56,116 nucleotides of DNA from Eubacteriales bacterium. Lineage in GTDB: Bacteria; Bacillota; Clostridia; Monoglobales; Firm-18. The DNA is taken from NCBI GenBank assembly GCA_028697835.1, contig JAQVDK010000002.1, forward strand, positions 1 through 56,116. Direction: 5' to 3'. The notes under the pieces were generated by a model that saw nothing but the letters and a program-made list of their open reading frames with translations, had not been told where the DNA came from and did no database searches. Positions 11,249 to 18,569 of this stretch are shown here, piece after piece; positions within the stretch are counted from its first letter, which is position 1, and each line of letters starts with the position of its first letter. The position numbers were made by a program, and so were the translations under genes.

Positions 11249-11257
11249 CCCACTTTT
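11234..11257. terminator. Bidirectional terminator between the convergent GT2-TPR and hydrogenase-like genes
   Basis: AAAGTGGGC / GCCCACTTT stem with a 5-nt loop. An A-tract precedes it and a T-tract follows, so it carries a U-tail on both strands. Confidence 0.65.
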
Positions 11258-11275
11258 ACTGTGTCCCATTTATTT

Positions 11276-12538
11276 TTATTTATTTGCAAAATTTCTTGTA
11301 AACATATTTTTGCCCTCTAAAAGGCTTTCGATAGTGTCAAAGCCTAATCGGTGCAAAAGCTCGATAACATAAGGGTTTTCGGCAGGAGTTTTGTATTTTG
11401 CTTCCTGTCCGTATCTATTTACAAATTTTGTTCCTTCTTCCTTGGGGATAAGAGCCTTAGGACCTCCTACACAGCCGCCTTTGCAGCCCATTCCTTCAAG
11501 AAAGTTTGCTGTAACGCTGCCGCTTATAATTTCGTTTAAAAGCTCCTTGCATTTAACAGCACCATCTGCCTGTTTTGCCACAAGGGGTATCTTCCGCTCA
11601 GGCTTTAGCCTGCTTAATGTGCTTAAAACTGCATCGCTTACGCCCCCAACTCTTGCGTAAATTCTGCCGCCTTTGGAGGAATGGTCGCGCAAGTCCTCCT
11701 CGAACTTGGCAGGGTCAATATCCACTGCATCAAAAATATCCCAAACCTCTTGAAAGGTCAAAACATAATCCACAGCGTCCGCTATATCCTTGTCTTTCGC
11801 TTCTGCCTTTTTTGCAACGCAAGGCCCGATAAAAACAGTTTTCGCATCAGGATAAAGCTTTTTTATAGAGCGACCGCAAGCTACCATAGGTGAAACAGAC
11901 GGAGGCAAATGGGGAACAAGTTGATGATAAATCTTTCTAATCATAGCAATCCATATTGGACAGCAGCAGCTTGTCAGCATAAAATCTTTGTCGGTTTGAA
12001 TAGTTCTATCAAATTCAAGTGCTTCCTTTAAAGTTAAAATGTCTGCAAACAAGGCAACCTCAAGCATGCCGGAAAAGCCCAATGCTTTAAAAGCACTTCT
12101 TAGCTTCCCCGGGGTTACATCCTCGCTAAACTGGCTTGTAAACGCAGGCGCAATCATTGCATATACGGGCTGCTCGTCTTGTTTTAAAAGCTCTAAAACA
12201 GGAAGAATGTCTTTTCTGTCAACCAAGTTTCCCAGCTTGCAATTGTCTATGCAATCGCCGCAGCCTGTGCAATCTTCCGGAGAAATGACCAAATTTCCGC
12301 TGTCATCTCTTTTTATGGCGTTAAAAAAGCATACTCGTTTGCACTTTTCCTTTTGCTCGTCGGAGCATTGGCAATCGCCAACACGCATAACAGGTGCTTG
12401 ATTTTCCGGCTTTAGCAAGCACTCTAAATGGTGCTCGTCAAAGTCCGGAAGTTTTTTAAGCTTTTCTATCTCCTCGTCCAACTTGTTTGCCACCGCCGCA
12501 CTTACAACTCGGTTATACAAAGAATAAAAAGTGTTCAT
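11276..12538 (-). CDS. [FeFe]-hydrogenase-family protein (H-cluster domain with N-terminal Fe-S domain)
   Basis: All three H-cluster motifs are present: TSCCCPIW (L1), GPCVAKKAE (L2) and EGMGCKGGCVGGP (L3). The N-terminus has CTGCGDCIDNC plus an atypical C-x-C-x8-C-x3-C group. Its ATG makes an ATGA overlap with the MFS stop. Confidence 0.8.
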   Translation of the reverse strand: MNTFYSLYNRVVSAAVANKLDEEIEKLKKLPDFDEHHLECLLKPENQAPVMRVGDCQCSDEQKEKCKRVCFFNAIKRDDSGNLVISPEDCTGCGDCIDNCKLGNLVDRKDILPVLELLKQDEQPVYAMIAPAFTSQFSEDVTPGKLRSAFKALGFSGMLEVALFADILTLKEALEFDRTIQTDKDFMLTSCCCPIWIAMIRKIYHQLVPHLPPSVSPMVACGRSIKKLYPDAKTVFIGPCVAKKAEAKDKDIADAVDYVLTFQEVWDIFDAVDIDPAKFEEDLRDHSSKGGRIYARVGGVSDAVLSTLSRLKPERKIPLVAKQADGAVKCKELLNEIISGSVTANFLEGMGCKGGCVGGPKALIPKEEGTKFVNRYGQEAKYKTPAENPYVIELLHRLGFDTIESLLEGKNMFTRNFANK

Positions 12539-13773
12539 TTCAAGCTTTCTCCCTTTCCCGCTTGCGGCAATCCTGCAAGCCTCATTGTTTTGCTTTTTAT
12601 CATATAAAAGCTTTGTATAAATAGTATGACACCTGTTACTGCAAGCATATACTCAATAGGAACAACATCCGCCAAAGGACCGAAAAGTATCATGGCGATT
12701 GGCATCACCGAGCTTGACACCATGGACACGGCACCAAAAACCCTGCCTAAATATTCATCCTCGACCTTTTCCTGTATCAAAACATTGCACGGAGTGTTAA
12801 ACATTGGCATAACCAAGCCCAAAACCACCATAATTCCAATATAAAGCCAAAACTGTGGGTTAATTCCTAAAATTAAAGTTCCAATACCTGTAACAACGCA
12901 GGACAAAGTCATGGTATAAACCCTGTTTCTAAAGCCGCCCCAAGCTGTGATAATTGTTCCGCCGACAATCATGCCTGCGGCAAACCCAATTTCCGCAACA
13001 GTAAGGTAAAACACGTCCGCGCCGAACACCCTCGTTATGTGAAGGGGTGTCAAAAATGCCACAGGGGATACAAAAAATGAAAAGAACACAAAGAATATGA
13101 AAAATGTTTTTAAAAAGCTGTGCTCTTTAATATACTTTATTCCGGAAAGCATCTGCGACACATATCCTTTTTCAGCCGTATCTTCTCCTTTTTTACCCTT
13201 GGCGTAAACAAAAAACACAAGCGTCAAAATACCTAAAGCCGCAGTAAAAACGTCAATCAAAAATATTATTTCTATTTCAGCAAAATTTAGCAATGCTCCG
13301 CTTACCATAGGAGATATTAAAAATACTACGGATTGAATGCTGCCGTTTAAACCATTTACCCTTGTAAGCTTTTCCTCCGGCACTATCTGCGGAATAAACG
13401 CATTAAAGGCAGGAGTGTGAACACCTGCACCAAACGCCCGTATGGCTGAAGTCGCAAAAAGAAGCCATATATAATCATAGCCTGCCCAAAAAAGCATCGC
13501 CAAAATTAAAGTGGATAAGGCGATTGCGCCGTCGGATATTACTATTAAATTTTTCCGGTCATACCTATCCGCCCATACACCCGCAAACGGAGACAACAAA
13601 AACGTAGGTACAAACGAGCATATTATGGAAATGGTCATCATTGTACCAGATTGCGTTTGAAGGGTAATGTACCACATAATTGCATATTGTACGAGGGACG
13701 AGCCAAAAAGTGATATGGTCTGTCCTGTTAGAAACATAAATATGTTTTTTTGCCAACTCTGTTGTTTTGTCAA
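12535..13773 (-). CDS. MFS transporter (DHA3/macrolide-efflux-like)
   Basis: 412 aa with about 12 TM helices. The N-terminus W-KNIFMFLTGQTISLFGS is typical of this MFS subgroup. TTG start after GGGGAA. Confidence 0.78.
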   Translation of the reverse strand: MTKQQSWQKNIFMFLTGQTISLFGSSLVQYAIMWYITLQTQSGTMMTISIICSFVPTFLLSPFAGVWADRYDRKNLIVISDGAIALSTLILAMLFWAGYDYIWLLFATSAIRAFGAGVHTPAFNAFIPQIVPEEKLTRVNGLNGSIQSVVFLISPMVSGALLNFAEIEIIFLIDVFTAALGILTLVFFVYAKGKKGEDTAEKGYVSQMLSGIKYIKEHSFLKTFFIFFVFFSFFVSPVAFLTPLHITRVFGADVFYLTVAEIGFAAGMIVGGTIITAWGGFRNRVYTMTLSCVVTGIGTLILGINPQFWLYIGIMVVLGLVMPMFNTPCNVLIQEKVEDEYLGRVFGAVSMVSSSVMPIAMILFGPLADVVPIEYMLAVTGVILFIQSFYMIKSKTMRLAGLPQAGKGESLK

Positions 13774-13808
13774 AGTATATTCCCCATTCTGCTATTTAAG
13801 GTTTTACA

Positions 13809-13837
13809 ATTATATCATATTAGTTTTTCCAATGCAA
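13809..13837 (-). promoter_or_regulatory. Sigma-A-type promoter candidate for the MFS/hydrogenase-like pair
   Basis: Minus strand reads TTGCAT (13837-13832), 17 nt, TATAAT (13814-13809). Confidence 0.5.
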
Positions 13838-13861
13838 TTATTTTTATTAAAATTTTTCCAT

Positions 13862-14440
13862 TTATTTTTTTAAAAGGTCGTCTATTTTTTGCATTAATGT
13901 TTTCTGCGGTATTTGCCCTTGATAAACATCTGTTATGTTACCGTTTTTGTCTATAAAATAAGTCATAGGAATTGATGATATGCGATAAATATATCCCGCC
14001 TCACCTTTTGTATCAAAATATACGGGCATGGTATAGTTGTTTTCGGCTATAAAGGCATTTGCCTTTTGTATGGTTTCCCTTTGCCCATCAACCAAATCCA
14101 CCATTATAAATTCAATTTCATCATTAAAACTATCATATGCTGTTTGAAAATGGGGAAATTCGGCTTTGCAAGGCGGGCACCAGCTTGCCCAGAAATTAAG
14201 CACAATCGGCTTTCCAAACTTAGAAGACAGGGTTACTTCATTTCCGGATACGTCCAAAACCGTAAAATCAGGTGCGATATTTCTGCTTTCCTGCCCGGCT
14301 GCTTCTTCTAAAGACGGTGTTTGGGCCGGAGCGGGCTTTGGCGCATTTTGAAAAGCCGCATAGTTGTAATACAGCACTGCCAGGGCAATAAACAAAGCAA
14401 AAGAGCATATATAAATTATTGTTTTCAATTTTTGATTCAT
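13862..14440 (-). CDS. Membrane-anchored TlpA/ResA-like thiol-disulfide oxidoreductase
   Basis: N-terminal TM anchor and a thioredoxin fold with WASWCPPCKAEFP. RBS GGAGGAGGA. Confidence 0.85.
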   Translation of the reverse strand: MNQKLKTIIYICSFALFIALAVLYYNYAAFQNAPKPAPAQTPSLEEAAGQESRNIAPDFTVLDVSGNEVTLSSKFGKPIVLNFWASWCPPCKAEFPHFQTAYDSFNDEIEFIMVDLVDGQRETIQKANAFIAENNYTMPVYFDTKGEAGYIYRISSIPMTYFIDKNGNITDVYQGQIPQKTLMQKIDDLLKK

Positions 14441-14452
14441 TTAGTCCTCCTC

Positions 14453-15127
14453 CTAAATGGATAATTTTGAAATAAAGAAAAACATATATCCGGTAACCAT
14501 CAAAATTCCCGTTGCAACAAGGAAAAGCCCGGAAATAATATTTATAACCTTATAGTTTTTCTTTATAAAATCAAAGGCATTTTTCAGCCTGTCAATCAAA
14601 ATTGCGCTTATAATAAAGGGAATTCCAAGCCCAAGAGAAAAAAACAAAAGCAAAAACACACCCTTTAGCGCTGCTCCGCTTTGTGCGGCAATCATCAAGG
14701 CCGAGCCTAAAAAAGTTCCCACACAAGGAGTCCAGCCTATGGAAAAGACCATTCCAAACAAAGCAGTTGACCAAAAGCTGTGGTTGATTTTGTTTACAGA
14801 CCTTACTTTAACATTACTCAGAAAAGGGATTTTAACGATGTTTAGAAAGCTTAATCCAAAAATAATGACAATTGAGCCTGTAATGATATTAACAACCGTT
14901 TCATATCTTCTTAAAAACTGTCCTACCGTTCCTGCAAAGGCGCCCAAAGTTACAAAAACTATGGTAAACCCCAATACAAAGCCCAATGCGTTTTTTAATG
15001 TTTTGCTTTTAGAGTTTTCAGATTCACCCGCCCCGGCAAAGAAAGTCACATACACAGGAAGCATAGGAAGCAGGCACGGGGAAATAAAAGTGATTATTCC
15101 TTCCAAAAAAGTTAAAACATACTGCAT
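14453..15127 (-). CDS. ccdA: CcdA/DsbD-family transmembrane thiol-disulfide electron transporter
   Basis: 224 aa with 6 TM helices and two conserved Cys (ISPCLLPMLP and WTPCVG). Confidence 0.85.
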   Translation of the reverse strand: MQYVLTFLEGIITFISPCLLPMLPVYVTFFAGAGESENSKSKTLKNALGFVLGFTIVFVTLGAFAGTVGQFLRRYETVVNIITGSIVIIFGLSFLNIVKIPFLSNVKVRSVNKINHSFWSTALFGMVFSIGWTPCVGTFLGSALMIAAQSGAALKGVFLLLFFSLGLGIPFIISAILIDRLKNAFDFIKKNYKVINIISGLFLVATGILMVTGYMFFFISKLSI

Positions 15128-15267
15128 CCGACCACCCCTTTTTTGTGGTATTTTATATATTTTTATAATTATGACAGTTTTTTCGTTTTAGTACAGTGAC
15201 AAAATCACATAAACCATATCTTGATATCATATAATATTATGATAAGGAATTAAAAGGAGATGTTATT

Positions 15268-16347
15268 ATGGCGGGCAAAATTATTAAATATTACACAGAC
15301 GGAAACACTTCCAAAGGGTTTATAAGTCTTTTGCACTCAAACCTTTGCGATGTGGACAACCTGCTTGTCCTAAAAGGTCCTTTAGGCATGGAATTCTCTG
15401 ACATTATAAACGAGATAGCCAAAGACGTTGTTTCCAAAAACTGCTATATTGAATTTATGTACACACCCGAAAAAGCCGATTCCGTAAGAGGAATAAAGGT
15501 TCCGGACAAAAATATTGCAGTTGTTGATGGACGCAATATCGAGGATATTGCAGGAAAGAACTCCCGCTTTTACGACTTGACAGAATTTATCTTAAGCGAA
15601 ACCGTTCGAGAATCCAAAGACTATATAGCTCGATTGGAAAAAGAAATTGAAAGCCTTAAATCACTCGCGTACCTTGCTTTTGCCGATGCCCTTAAAATAC
15701 ACGACGAGTGGGAAAGCATTTACATCAGCAATATGAATTTTGAAAAAGCCGACGATATTGCCAAAAAAATGATAAATGAAATGCTTTCAGATACCAAAGA
15801 AGGCAAAAAACAAATTACTTATCACAGGTTTTTAGGTGCTGCCACGCCTTATGGCTCCCGAGATTTTATACAAAATTTAACCGAAGGTATAAATAAAAGA
15901 TATTTTATAAAAGGCAGACCCGGCAGCGGAAAATCCACCATGCTGAAAGCAATTTTAAAAGAGGCAGAAAGCAGGAACATAACAGTAGAAGTGTATCATT
16001 GCGGCTTTGACCCAAACAGCCTTGATATGCTAATACTGCGCAGTGAGTCGGCAGCCATCTTTGACAGCACCGCCCCCCATGAATACTTTCCGGAAAGAAA
16101 AACCGATACCGTAGTAGATATGTATTATGGGGCCATCGAAACAGGAACGGACGAAAAATTCGAAGAAAAATTAGAGAACATTTCACAAAGATACAGCGAA
16201 AAGATGAAAGAAGGCACTAACTTTTTGCTAAAAGCAAGAAAGGAAACAGACATTCTTGAGAAAATTTACAAAGACGCAGAAGACATCAGCCTGCGTGAGA
16301 GTTTTATCGAAAAAATAAAGTCAGACATATTTAAAACCACCGGCTAA
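15268..16347 (+). CDS. Uncharacterised P-loop ATPase with internally duplicated NTPase fold
   Basis: Intact Walker A IKGRPGSGKST at nt 15913-15936. The N-terminal half aligns to it but carries a degenerate loop, LKGPLGMEFS (nt 15376-15399). RBS AAAGGAG. Confidence 0.6.
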   Translation: MAGKIIKYYTDGNTSKGFISLLHSNLCDVDNLLVLKGPLGMEFSDIINEIAKDVVSKNCYIEFMYTPEKADSVRGIKVPDKNIAVVDGRNIEDIAGKNSRFYDLTEFILSETVRESKDYIARLEKEIESLKSLAYLAFADALKIHDEWESIYISNMNFEKADDIAKKMINEMLSDTKEGKKQITYHRFLGAATPYGSRDFIQNLTEGINKRYFIKGRPGSGKSTMLKAILKEAESRNITVEVYHCGFDPNSLDMLILRSESAAIFDSTAPHEYFPERKTDTVVDMYYGAIETGTDEKFEEKLENISQRYSEKMKEGTNFLLKARKETDILEKIYKDAEDISLRESFIEKIKSDIFKTTG

Positions 16348-16360
16348 AGCCGGTGGTTTT
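16333..16360. terminator. Bidirectional terminator between the convergent ATPase and dfx genes
   Basis: 12-bp stem AAAACCACCGGC / GCCGGTGGTTTT with loop TAAA, flanked by A and T tracts. It overlaps the ATPase stop codon. Confidence 0.75.
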
Positions 16361-16363
16361 AAA

Positions 16364-16750
16364 TTAAACTTCCGTTTTCCAAAGACCATGCAGGTTGCAA
16401 TATTCAAATACATTAACAACCTCGTCGTCAATCAGTGTAAATTCTACATGGGGCTCTTCACCCGGCAAGAGAGATTTACGCTGTCCGCCTCTTTTTGTTT
16501 CGATGTAAACCCACTCGATATAATGCTCTTCAATCATTGGGTGTGGAACACTTCCAATGTCAACAATCACCTTATTACCTTCAACAACGACTACAGGAAC
16601 GTGCTTTTCTTCTGAAGCATCCACTGTGTTAGGAACTAACTCTTCCATTTTTTCGCCGCAGCAAACCGTAGGCACGCCTTTGTTAAAAATCATGCCGATA
16701 AGGTTTCCGCAGGTTTTGCAGATGAAAAATCTTTGATTCTTTTTACTCAT
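16364..16750 (-). CDS. dfx: Desulfoferrodoxin (2Fe superoxide reductase)
   Basis: N-terminal desulforedoxin Cys pattern CKTCGN...CCGEKM. Centre II ligands are EEKHVP, HPMIEEHYIEW and CNLHGLW. Confidence 0.88.
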   Translation of the reverse strand: MSKKNQRFFICKTCGNLIGMIFNKGVPTVCCGEKMEELVPNTVDASEEKHVPVVVVEGNKVIVDIGSVPHPMIEEHYIEWVYIETKRGGQRKSLLPGEEPHVEFTLIDDEVVNVFEYCNLHGLWKTEV

Positions 16751-16777
16751 AAAAAGACCCTCCCTACTTTTTTAATA

Positions 16778-17314
16778 TTAGTAATCAATAACCCTAAGCT
16801 GGAAATGAGCCTTGGGGTGAACACAAACAGGGCACATATCAGGTGCCTCTTCACCCTCGTGAACATGACCGCAATTTAGGCAAATCCAAACCTGTTTTGT
16901 TTCTCTTTTGAACACTTTACCTTCTTTAACATTGTTGTAGAGGGCTGTGTATCTTTCGTCGTGGTCTTTTTCGATTTTTGCAACGCCTTCAAAAAGCTTG
17001 GCTATATCTTCAAAGCCTTCTTCGCGCGCTTCCTTTGCAAAGTTTGCATACATTTCTGTCCATTCATATCTTTCGCCTTGTGCTGCAGATTCAAGGTTAT
17101 CCATGGTGCTGCCGATTCCATGAACCAGCTTAAACCATATTTTTGCATGCTCCTTTTCGTTGTTGGCGGTCTCTGCAAAAATATTAGAAATTTGAACATA
17201 GCCTTCTTTTTTGGCTTTTGATGCGTAAAAATCATATTTTGTTCTTGCCATTGACTCTCCGGCAAAGGCATCCATCAAGTTCTTCTGTGTTTTAGTTCCT
17301 GCTAATTTCGACAT
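16778..17314 (-). CDS. rbr: Rubrerythrin
   Basis: Di-iron four-helix-bundle ExxH motifs plus a C-terminal rubredoxin-like CLNCG...CPVC. ATG 17314 follows AAGGAGG. The track start at 17386 lies in the -35 box of its own promoter. Confidence 0.9.
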   Translation of the reverse strand: MSKLAGTKTQKNLMDAFAGESMARTKYDFYASKAKKEGYVQISNIFAETANNEKEHAKIWFKLVHGIGSTMDNLESAAQGERYEWTEMYANFAKEAREEGFEDIAKLFEGVAKIEKDHDERYTALYNNVKEGKVFKRETKQVWICLNCGHVHEGEEAPDMCPVCVHPKAHFQLRVIDY

Positions 17315-17357
17315 ATTTAGCATCCTCCTTTGTAATTTAGTACATTGCTTTACGCTA

Positions 17358-17386
17358 ATTATACTATCAAACTGTATTTTTGTCAA
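17358..17386 (-). promoter_or_regulatory. Perfect-consensus sigma-A promoter for rbr-dfx
   Basis: Minus strand reads TTGACA (17386-17381), 17 nt, TATAAT (17363-17358). Confidence 0.6.
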
Positions 17387-17456
17387 TAAATTATGGTATT
17401 AAACCTATTTTCTATATTTAGTTGAAAAATATTCCACAATAGGCAGGGTAAATGGC

Positions 17457-17485
17457 TTGACACTAAGGCCGCAAAACATTATAAT
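17457..17485 (+). promoter_or_regulatory. Perfect-consensus sigma-A promoter for aroF-pheA-galT
   Basis: TTGACA (17457-17462), 17 nt, TATAAT (17480-17485). The track ORF start (TTG 17457) is this -35 box. Confidence 0.6.
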
Positions 17486-17552
17486 TGATAAAAGAACATT
17501 AATTTTCCATTTATGGATTCATTTGCTTTATGAAGTTATGGGAGGGCTATTT

Positions 17553-18569
17553 ATGATTGTAATCTTAAAAAAAGGAGTAACCCGAAAACAGGTCGAAAAC
17601 GTTGAACAAAAGCTTGCTTCGCTTGGATTTAAAACTCACCCTATTGTGGGAGATTATAAGACGGTTATCGGAGCAATAGGTGATAAAAGAAATATAAATA
17701 AAAATCTTATATTGTCTATGGAAGGCGTTGAAGAAATTGTCCCTATAATGCTTCCTTACAAGCTTGCGGGAAAAGAGCTTTACAAAGAGCCTACCACAAT
17801 AGATATTGGCGATGGTATAACCATAGGCGGAGGTCACCTTGCGGTTATGGCAGGACCCTGTGCCATTGAAGGCGAGGATGAGTTTATTTCCGTTGCCAAA
17901 AAGGTTAAGCAAAGCGGAGCTGTTATCTTAAGGGGCGGTGCCTTTAAGCCACGTTCTTCCCCCTATTCTTTCCAAGGGCTGGAGCTTGAAGGGCTTGAGA
18001 TTATGGCTGCTGCAAAAAAGGAAACCGGGCTGAAGCTTGTAACCGAGGTTGTGGATACCCGCGACGTTGAAACCGTTGACCGATTTGTAGATATTATACA
18101 AATTGGCGCCCGCAATATGCAAAATTTCAGGCTGCTTAAAGAAGTGGGCCATTGCAAAAAGCCTGTGCTTTTAAAAAGAGGGCTTTCCGCAACCATAACC
18201 GAATGGCTTATGGCGGCGGAATATATTATGAGCGAGGGCAACGAAAAGGTTATACTTTGCGAGCGAGGAATCAGAACCTTTGAAACCGCAACAAGAAACA
18301 CCCTGGACTTAAGTGCTGTTCCTGCGGTTAGAGACACTTCCCACCTTCCGATAGTTGTTGATCCCAGCCACGGAACAGGACACGCCAAATTTGTTGCATC
18401 CATGGCAAAGGCTGCCGTTGCAGCAGGCTGCGACGGGCTGATTATAGAAGTTCATCAAGACCCGCCAAATGCCATGAGTGACGGTGAACAATCCCTCACT
18501 CCCAAGCAGTTTGGTGATTTAATGGAAAGCCTTAAAAAAATAGCAGGTGTGGTAGGTAAAAGCTTATGA
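17553..18569 (+). CDS. aroF: 3-deoxy-7-phosphoheptulonate (DAHP) synthase, type I-beta with N-terminal ferredoxin-like regulatory domain
   Basis: 338 aa from ATG 17553 (RBS GGGAGGG). A Thermotoga-type N-terminal domain (MIVILKKG...) is followed by a KDO8P/DAHPS TIM barrel (GPCAIE, RGGAFKPRSSPYSFQG, DPSH). Confidence 0.9.
   Translation: MIVILKKGVTRKQVENVEQKLASLGFKTHPIVGDYKTVIGAIGDKRNINKNLILSMEGVEEIVPIMLPYKLAGKELYKEPTTIDIGDGITIGGGHLAVMAGPCAIEGEDEFISVAKKVKQSGAVILRGGAFKPRSSPYSFQGLELEGLEIMAAAKKETGLKLVTEVVDTRDVETVDRFVDIIQIGARNMQNFRLLKEVGHCKKPVLLKRGLSATITEWLMAAEYIMSEGNEKVILCERGIRTFETATRNTLDLSAVPAVRDTSHLPIVVDPSHGTGHAKFVASMAKAAVAAGCDGLIIEVHQDPPNAMSDGEQSLTPKQFGDLMESLKKIAGVVGKSL

Noticed and set aside
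17457-17552. N-terminal extensions in the ORF track. These are aroF from 17457, rbr to 17386, cdsA to 51125, HAD to 54898, livJ to 35584, livF to 31484, the AcuB-like gene to 30736, birA to 1739, dxr to 50170, uvrB to 8008 and the RACo-like gene to 42202.
   Set aside because: The extended starts are mostly TTG/GTG codons that lie in promoter boxes, inside RBS sequences or inside the upstream gene. Each has an internal ATG (TTG for prmA) with a proper Shine-Dalgarno and an N-terminus matching the family.
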